From positions 23,700-87,699 of the forward strand of contig JAIPGC010000001.1 in NCBI GenBank assembly GCA_021736335.1: a stretch of 64,000 bases of DNA, in the 5' to 3' direction. This stretch comes from Acholeplasmataceae bacterium. GTDB taxonomy: Bacteria > Bacillota_I > Bacilli_A > Acholeplasmatales > Acholeplasmataceae. Below, piece after piece: positions 57,717 through 64,000 of the stretch (within the stretch, counting starts at the first letter, position 1; each line of letters begins with the position of its first letter). Made by a program: the position numbers and the translations under genes. The notes beneath the pieces were generated by a model, which did no database searches, was not told the DNA's origin, and saw nothing but the letters and a program-made list of their open reading frames with translations.

Positions 57717-58691
57717 TTATTTTCCATCCTTATCTGTATATTCAGCATCTTTAAATATTGGTTCAGTACTTGATGTATTTGAGCCATCAGTCTTAACACC
57801 ATAATTTCTTGTCTTATAATGTTCTCTTACCTTTTTATGGAAGAAAAGCAAATATGTAATACCAACAACAATCACAGCATAAATTGCCATTGTACGCCAT
57901 ATGACACCATTATAATCTGATAGATCATCTCTACCTGTAATCAGATTAAAACTTGTAATTTCAGCATCATTAGGAATATCATCAGCAAATTGATCTCTCA
58001 ATCGGTAATCATTAGCATTAATGATTAAATTTGAATCCTTATTATAAGCACTTTCACTAATTGGAGTAGAAGCTGCAATAAATAAAGGGGATTCATCAAA
58101 AACATAATAGTCATCTTCATCAACAGTTCTATTTGAATAACTGACCTCAATACGAGTCAAATTGGAAAAAGCATCCTCATCGGGTATTTTCAAGTAGGAT
58201 TCAGCATCAAATAAGAACAATACTGGAACATTGTAATAAGCAAATGCTTGTTGTGAATCATAGGTAATGCTACCACTATCAGTCATGACCTCATTGACAA
58301 GTAATGTCGCATGATCGAGTTCTACAGCGATTTGTATAACGGGATCAACTAATGTTACTCCATCTTCAACAATGACAACATCATTAACAAAAATCATATA
58401 TCCATCATAATAAGCATCATCAGACATAATACCTATAGCATACACACGAACAGTTAATTGAAAATCTCCATCGTCTTTTATATATTCATATAAAACAGGT
58501 GACTCGCGATAATAATCTATTCCCATCAATGTATTGATACCTTTAAGAAATATAGCATCATCATCAACGTGATCCGCAACGACATCTGTATAATATTCTT
58601 GTAATTTTGAATAATAGGAATAGCTATATACTTGTAATGATAATAAGGTTATCATCATGACATAAAGTGCACGTCCAAACCATTTCAGCAT
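57717..58691 (-). CDS. Hypothetical membrane protein (acidic extracellular domain between two TM helices)
   Basis: ATG at 58691 follows AAAGGTG; N- and C-terminal hydrophobic helices. Confidence 0.7.
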   Translation of the reverse strand: MLKWFGRALYVMMITLLSLQVYSYSYYSKLQEYYTDVVADHVDDDAIFLKGINTLMGIDYYRESPVLYEYIKDDGDFQLTVRVYAIGIMSDDAYYDGYMIFVNDVVIVEDGVTLVDPVIQIAVELDHATLLVNEVMTDSGSITYDSQQAFAYYNVPVLFLFDAESYLKIPDEDAFSNLTRIEVSYSNRTVDEDDYYVFDESPLFIAASTPISESAYNKDSNLIINANDYRLRDQFADDIPNDAEITSFNLITGRDDLSDYNGVIWRTMAIYAVIVVGITYLLFFHKKVREHYKTRNYGVKTDGSNTSSTEPIFKDAEYTDKDGK

Positions 58692-58816
58692 AATATCACA
58701 CCTTTCTAGAATAGAATACAAGAAATCAGGCTAATTCACAACTAAAAAGTTAAAATTACATAATTTCACTTTACAATAAGGAAAATTATTGTATAATAAT
58801 AGTTGCGCAATCACAC

Positions 58817-58893
58817 GGCGGCCGTGGCGAAGTGGTTAACGCATCGGATTGTGGATCCGACACGCGAGGGTTCGATTCCCTTCGACCGCCCCA
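58817..58893 (+). tRNA. tRNA-His (anticodon GTG)
   Basis: Encoded G-1, TCGGA-TTGTGGA-TCCGA anticodon arm, GAGGG-TTCGATT-CCCTT T-arm, C73 discriminator, CCA. Confidence 0.95.
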
Positions 58894-58901
58894 TATTTTT
58901 T

Positions 58902-58975
58902 AGGCCCATAGCCAAGGGGTAAGGCAAGGGACTTTGACTCCCTCACCGTTGGTTCAAATCCAGCTGGGCCTGCCA
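58902..58975 (+). tRNA. tRNA-Gln (anticodon TTG)
   Basis: AGGCCCA/TGGGCCT acceptor stem, AGGGA-CTTTGAC-TCCCT anticodon arm, GTTGG-TTCAAAT-CCAGC T-arm, CCA. Confidence 0.95.
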
Positions 58976-58984
58976 AAAAATAAT

Positions 58985-59010
58985 AAGAAGCTTCAGGGCT
59001 TCTTTTCTTT
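58985..59010 (+). terminator. Terminator after tRNA-His/tRNA-Gln
   Basis: AAGAAGCT-TCAG-GGCTTCTT plus T-tract. Confidence 0.7.
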
Positions 59011-59301
59011 ATATAATGAGTTATTCATTTTCAGTATGGTTTTTTACAGGTAGACAATCACTAGAACTTGATATTCAAATTTGTTTAAGTATCAATTAAA
59101 TTGTTTACTTTGATGAGTTTATAAATATAGTTGAAAGATAAGATAACAAAGTGTTATGTACTTTCTTATTTATATGACTTATATTTATATAACCATCATA
59201 CATGTTGTTTAGTGTTTTGAATGCTAAATGGTTTTTTATATGATATAATTTATATGATTTTTTTTACTTTCTAATTTAAGAATTCAATTGGAGGAAAGTT
59301 C

Positions 59302-60471
59302 ATGTTAGAGATTTTAAGCCGTATTCAATTTGCATTTACCGTTGCATTCCATTTTTTATTTGTGCCTTTTACGATTGGCCTCATTATTTTTGTGTTAATT
59401 TTTGAACACAAGTACTATAAGACTGATGATGCAAAATACAAAAAATTATCCGATTTCTTTGGGAATTTGTTTATTATAAATTATGCATTTGGTATTGTTA
59501 CTGGTATTGTTATGTCTGTTCAATTTGGGACAAACTGGGCAGAATATTCAAGAGCTATGGGTGATGTATTTGGATCACCACTTGTGATTGAAGCACTTTT
59601 AGCATTCTTTTTAGAAGCAACATTTACTGGTATCTGGGCTTTTAGAAAGAACCGCATTTCTAAAACTTTCAGATTAGTCACTGTTTGGATGATCTTTATT
59701 GGTGTTTTATTATCTTCATTATGGATTATTACAGCAAATGGATTTATGCAAAATCCAGTTGGTGGAACTTGGATTGCTGCAGAAGGCAGAGTTGTTTTTT
59801 CTAGCTTCAAAGATTTATTCTTTAATCCTTATTCTTGGTACATGTTTATTCATACAAACCTTTCCGCTATATTACTTACTGGTGTCATTGTAATAGCTAT
59901 CTCAATGTATCATATTCAAAGAAAGCATCATGCAGATACTTTTAAGATCAGTGCTAAAATAGCTGCTTGGGTCATTTTACTTTCTGCAGTTGCGATGCCT
60001 ATCACTGGTTATACATATATGAATTTTATTGCTACTGTACAACCTGATAAAATCAATATGATTACGAATGGTGTTTCAATAATGCCAGAAGTCAGTGCGG
60101 TATTGCCTATTATCGTAAAAACAGCATTTCACACGATGACAATTTTAGGATCAATATTTATTTTATTTGGGCTATATGTTGTAGTTTTCAATGATAAATT
60201 AAAAGAATCTGTCAATTTAAAGAAAATTGCATATTTCATGATTCCATTACCCTATATTGCAATTATTACTGGATGGATGGTAACTGAGATGGGCAGACAA
60301 CCTTGGATTATATATAATATGATGAAGGTAAGCGAAGGTATTTCATCTGTACCAGTTGCACAAGTATGGTTTAGTATTATACTACTCGTCGTATTTTATG
60401 TCATCTTATTTTTCATGGACTATTATTTATCAATAAAGGCCATAAAAAAAGGTTTTGAAGGAGAATTATAA
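59302..60471 (+). CDS. cydA: Cytochrome bd oxidase subunit I with a very short Q-loop
   Basis: LSRIQFA...FHFLFVP (His19 equivalent), QFGTNW, E...AFF.E, WI..AN.FMQ.P.G, FIH (His186 equivalent), FHTM (Met393 equivalent), GW.VTE.GRQPW. Confidence 0.95.
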   Translation: MLEILSRIQFAFTVAFHFLFVPFTIGLIIFVLIFEHKYYKTDDAKYKKLSDFFGNLFIINYAFGIVTGIVMSVQFGTNWAEYSRAMGDVFGSPLVIEALLAFFLEATFTGIWAFRKNRISKTFRLVTVWMIFIGVLLSSLWIITANGFMQNPVGGTWIAAEGRVVFSSFKDLFFNPYSWYMFIHTNLSAILLTGVIVIAISMYHIQRKHHADTFKISAKIAAWVILLSAVAMPITGYTYMNFIATVQPDKINMITNGVSIMPEVSAVLPIIVKTAFHTMTILGSIFILFGLYVVVFNDKLKESVNLKKIAYFMIPLPYIAIITGWMVTEMGRQPWIIYNMMKVSEGISSVPVAQVWFSIILLVVFYVILFFMDYYLSIKAIKKGFEGEL

Positions 60472-61490
60472 TGCATGAATTATTAGGAATAATCGCATTT
60501 GGAATCATTGGGCTTGCTTACTTTATCTATCTAGTTCAAGAAATTCCAATCATAGGTGTAGGTATTTTAAATATTTTCATCGCACCAACAAATGAAGAAA
60601 AAAAGAAACTTCAATCTATTGCTGGTCTTTATTCAGATGGTGTTGAAGTATGGCTCATAGTTGCTATTGGATTGACATTTGCTGCATTTCCTCATGCATT
60701 TGGCCAAATATTCAGTGGTATTTATGTTCCTGCATTTTTACTTTTAGCTGCACTTATTTTTAGAGGTTTAAGTGTTGAATTATTATTTAAAGATGATCAT
60801 CCAAAATGGATCAAATATATGAGCTTAGCTTGGAGCATTTCTGGGATCCTTTTAATGTTTGTACTTGGTGTATTTTTCGTAACTATCTTTACTGGTTTTC
60901 CATATGAGAATGGTGCAATGAGCTTTAATGTATTAAGTATTTTTTCTACGGCATCGATGAGTGGTGGTTTATTAATGATTGCTCTCGCATTGATTATTGG
61001 TGCAGTGTGGATTAAGTTTAATCGTTTACCTGAACTTAGCGAAAAAGCATTGAAACTGATAAAAAAATATGGCATTATTTATGCTGTGCCACTTTTATTC
61101 TCAATTGTATTGATGGGAATTAATAACAATGTCACATCTATTGTTTCTGGTCAATTGTTTTTAGCAAATCCATGGATGATTGCATTACCACTTGCAAGTT
61201 TATTCTTTTTTATTTTAGTGACTTTATTTGGTCACTTGAAAAAAGTGGGGCTTCTTTATGGATCCTTTGTAGCTGGCGTCAGTTTGTTTTTCTTAAGTGG
61301 ATTTTTAGGCACATATCCTTATATACTGTTTTCTGAAGTTGGATTTAGTGAAGGTATTACAATTACGGATTCCATGGCATCTGAGACTGCACTTGTCGTC
61401 ATGAGCGTCGTGATTTTGATTGTCTTACCAGTAGTCCTACTTTATCAGGGATACAAATATGTCTATTTTTTAAGAAAGGATCAACATTAA
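60471..61490 (+). CDS. cydB: Cytochrome bd oxidase subunit II
   Basis: DG.EVWL....TFAAFP, LIFRGLS.E, C-terminal TI...AS..AL..M......P.VL.YQ; TAATG overlap with cydA. Confidence 0.92.
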   Translation: MHELLGIIAFGIIGLAYFIYLVQEIPIIGVGILNIFIAPTNEEKKKLQSIAGLYSDGVEVWLIVAIGLTFAAFPHAFGQIFSGIYVPAFLLLAALIFRGLSVELLFKDDHPKWIKYMSLAWSISGILLMFVLGVFFVTIFTGFPYENGAMSFNVLSIFSTASMSGGLLMIALALIIGAVWIKFNRLPELSEKALKLIKKYGIIYAVPLLFSIVLMGINNNVTSIVSGQLFLANPWMIALPLASLFFFILVTLFGHLKKVGLLYGSFVAGVSLFFLSGFLGTYPYILFSEVGFSEGITITDSMASETALVVMSVVILIVLPVVLLYQGYKYVYFLRKDQH

Positions 61491-61491
61491 T

Positions 61492-64000
61492 ATGGATGCA
61501 AAAATAAAAAATAGATTTGATCGTCATTCTTTAATTGACGCAAAAAAACTTAAGTTTATTGAAAAAGCACTATTAATCATCGTCTCTTATTTGGTTTTGA
61601 TGACGATTTTTCAAGATGGTTTCATATTCGGTCTCAAGCATGCACTTAATGTATTCATTGCAATAACGATCGTCAGAGAACTCGAAGTGTTATATTATGC
61701 TCATGAACGCAAATTAGATCGAGCACAAGCAAAAGAATTTGTCAAATCTGATTATGCACTTATCACAGCACTTTCAATGAGTGTTTTTATTCCTTTTAAT
61801 ACACCTATTGTTGTTGTAGCAATTGTTGCTGCATTAACTGTTTTTGTAATAAAAATTATTTTTGGTGGATATGTATATAAAGTATTTTCTCCAGCATTAT
61901 TTGCCTATCTTTTATTGAAATTAGGTTTCGTAAATGCGATTGGTGCTAATACATTTGATAATCAGTTATTTACAGCACTTGCGAATACTGGACTATTTTC
62001 GAATTATATTAATTTTGCTATTAATTACGACTTTCAAAGTGGATTTGGTCTTGCTTTATCAAGTGGTGTTATTTTGTTTGGATTCTTTGCTTTATTATTA
62101 ATCATTAAAAATTTCAAGCAAGCTATCACACCTATCGTTTTTATATTCACATATATCTTGGGGTACGTTTCAATCATAGGATCAACTGGATTATATGAAA
62201 GTATCATGAATGTTCCTTTTATGTTTATTGCAATCTTTGTGCTGTTTGACCAAACATTAGTACCTACAAGTCGCACTGGAAAAATATTAGCAGCATTGTT
62301 ACTTTCAGGAATGACCATGATCTTTACGGTTGCTGGTCAAATGGAAGCTCTCGTTTTTGGAGCATTATTTGTTCAGATGCTTACACCATTGATGAATCAA
62401 TGCAAATGGATTACGGCTGAAGATGGAAGCGATCAAAGTAGCGAAGCTGCAAGTGCAAGAAAGACCATCAATTATGTATTGGTTGTTTTGGTATTGGTAG
62501 TAGGTATTCAATTATCGTGGAATTATTATAGTCCAAAGATTGGTTTGCCATCTGTAGACGTTTTACAATATTTTGAAGATACCTATGACAGAGTTGATTT
62601 TGAACAAAATTTAACCTCATCAAGAGATTATAATATCGATGCTTACGATACCATTCAAGGTGTTTATGAAATTCTTAGTATTGATACAAAAGAAATTGTA
62701 GCGATTGTGTACGATACCTTAACCGAAGGAAGAAACGGTCCGATACACGTTGTTATAGCCGTTGATCCTTATACAGATATTATTGTTGGATATGTGGTTG
62801 TTTCTCAACTTGAAACTGAAGGATTAGGTTCACTTTATGCAGAACAAGACGTGATTGATACGATTATCAATCAATCGATCAATAATTTTGCTATTGATTT
62901 GATTACTGGTGCGACCGTCACGTGGGATGCATATGAATTGATTATTCAAGATGTTGTTGCAAACTATTCTAATGAGGACGTTAGTCTCAATGAAGGTTCA
63001 GGCGTAGATGTCCTACAATATTTTGAAGATACATATGACAGATTGAGTTTCAAACAGAATCAAACACCAACAAGAAGCTATAATGTAGGTGCTTACGATA
63101 CCATTCAAGGTGTTTATGAAATTGTAAGTATTGATACTTCAGAAATCGAAGTCATCATTTATGATGCCATAACTCAAGGTAGAAATGGTCCAATACATGT
63201 TGTTATAGCTATTGATCCATATACTGATACAATTGTTGGATATGTGGTTGTTTCGCAAAGTGAAACTGAAGGTATTGGCTCACTTTACACATCAACTGAT
63301 GTAATCAACACCATTATAAATCAAGATGTAGATGACTTTAATATTGATTTAATTGCAGGGGCAACAGTCACATGGGATGCTTATGATTTGATGATTCAAG
63401 ATGTTGTTGATAATTATACAAATGAAAATGTGTCACTGATGACAGCAATTGATGTATTACAATATTTTGAGTATGCCTATGATAGAGCAGATTTCACTCA
63501 AGATCAAACACCATCAAGAGATTATAATGTGGATGCCTATGATACCATTACTGGTGTTTATGAGATTATTGATAATGATGATTCATCCATAGAAGTACTT
63601 ATTTATGATATCGTAACACAAGGTATTAATGGTCCTATACACATAGTTATTGCTGTAGATCCATATATTGATACCATCGTTGGTTATGTTGTCGTATCTC
63701 AAAGTGAAACCGAGGGTTTAGGTGCACTTTATGCAGGACCAATTATGATCAATTCCATCATCAATCAACTTGTTGATGACTTCAATATTGATTTGATTGC
63801 TGGTGCAACTGTCACATGGGATGCATTAGAATTAATGGTTCAAGATGTGGTTGCAAACTATACGAATGAGGATGTTAGTCTTAAGGTTGTAGTTGATGTA
63901 TTACAATATTTTGAGTATGCATATGATAGAGCAGATTTCACTCAAAACGAAACACCAACAAGAGATTATAATGTGGATGCCTATGATACCATTACTGGTG
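61492..64000 (+). CDS. RnfD/NqrB-like membrane domain fused to at least four tandem FMN-binding (RnfG/NqrC-like) domains; 3' end beyond the window; absent from the ORF track
   Basis: Manual translation is open from ATG 61492 (1 nt after the cydB stop) to the window end. RnfD-like motifs DYALITAL....P..TP, K.IFGG....VFSPAL, D....P.S..GKI, E...FG.L.....TPL.N; then a TM helix and ~148-150-aa repeats with G.NG.I.V.IA.D, ETEG(L/I)G and IDLI(T/A)GATVT. Confidence 0.88.
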   Translation, partial: MDAKIKNRFDRHSLIDAKKLKFIEKALLIIVSYLVLMTIFQDGFIFGLKHALNVFIAITIVRELEVLYYAHERKLDRAQAKEFVKSDYALITALSMSVFIPFNTPIVVVAIVAALTVFVIKIIFGGYVYKVFSPALFAYLLLKLGFVNAIGANTFDNQLFTALANTGLFSNYINFAINYDFQSGFGLALSSGVILFGFFALLLIIKNFKQAITPIVFIFTYILGYVSIIGSTGLYESIMNVPFMFIAIFVLFDQTLVPTSRTGKILAALLLSGMTMIFTVAGQMEALVFGALFVQMLTPLMNQCKWITAEDGSDQSSEAASARKTINYVLVVLVLVVGIQLSWNYYSPKIGLPSVDVLQYFEDTYDRVDFEQNLTSSRDYNIDAYDTIQGVYEILSIDTKEIVAIVYDTLTEGRNGPIHVVIAVDPYTDIIVGYVVVSQLETEGLGSLYAEQDVIDTIINQSINNFAIDLITGATVTWDAYELIIQDVVANYSNEDVSLNEGSGVDVLQYFEDTYDRLSFKQNQTPTRSYNVGAYDTIQGVYEIVSIDTSEIEVIIYDAITQGRNGPIHVVIAIDPYTDTIVGYVVVSQSETEGIGSLYTSTDVINTIINQDVDDFNIDLIAGATVTWDAYDLMIQDVVDNYTNENVSLMTAIDVLQYFEYAYDRADFTQDQTPSRDYNVDAYDTITGVYEIIDNDDSSIEVLIYDIVTQGINGPIHIVIAVDPYIDTIVGYVVVSQSETEGLGALYAGPIMINSIINQLVDDFNIDLIAGATVTWDALELMVQDVVANYTNEDVSLKVVVDVLQYFEYAYDRADFTQNETPTRDYNVDAYDTITG
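62554..64000 (+). repeat. Tandem 444-450-bp repeats encoding FMN-binding domains
   Basis: Units start at 62554, 63004, 63448 and 63892, each beginning (V/I)DVLQYFE; unit 4 is truncated by the window end. Confidence 0.9.

Noticed and set aside
59010-59300. Rex, Fnr or PerR box upstream of cydA
   Set aside because: Only loose AT-rich inverted and direct repeats (e.g. TTGATA...TATCAA, TTGTTTA twice); none matches a consensus with the correct spacing.
984-60797. Many short antisense or out-of-frame ORFs in the track (e.g. 984, 1647, 2447, 3519, 11288, 13268, 38445, 51621, 59520, 60797)
   Set aside because: They overlap well-supported genes or their promoters and have no motif or RBS support.
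62034-62318. 94-aa minus-strand ORF from the track
   Set aside because: Shadow of the real plus-strand RnfD-like gene starting at 61492.
62554-64000. Possible CRISPR array or non-coding repeat
   Set aside because: Units are 444-450 bp, in frame, with mostly synonymous or conservative differences and no spacer structure; the same applies to the repeats at 38746-39815.
1-64000. Genetic code 4 (UGA = Trp)
   Set aside because: Conserved genes are full length under code 11, several end in TGA directly before the next RBS, and conserved Trp residues use TGG.

Overview
AT-rich chromosomal window in the standard genetic code (TGA is used as a stop and Trp is TGG). Gene style, with many acidic surface lipoproteins carrying InlB B-repeats and Ig-like modules, suggests a free-living Acholeplasmatales-type mollicute; this is an inference. 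In order, the window holds: the end of the pyruvate dehydrogenase operon (pdhB-pdhC-pdhD); a 12-kb pectin/oligogalacturonide locus (PL1 lyase, TogB/M/N-like ABC components, PL2 lyase, surface lipoproteins); tRNA-Thr(CGT) followed by a 1.3-kb integrase-less islet bounded by a duplicated tRNA 3' end; lgt with a run of lipoproteins; fprA; a second pectin locus (a 1.6k-aa multidomain PL1 lyase plus a partner lipoprotein); an orphan rsmH; corA; a complete pstSCAB-phoU-phoPR cluster; tRNA-Trp, tRNA-His and tRNA-Gln; and cydAB. The main candidate novel system is at the right end. Directly after cydB is a long ORF (61492 to beyond 64000) that is missing from the supplied ORF track. It fuses an RnfD/NqrB-like membrane domain to at least four tandem RnfG/NqrC-like FMN-binding domains. 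The neighbouring CydA has a very short quinol-binding Q-loop. Together these suggest a flavinylated multi-FMN electron wire coupled to an atypical cytochrome bd. All calls come from manual reading and translation; no database searches were run.
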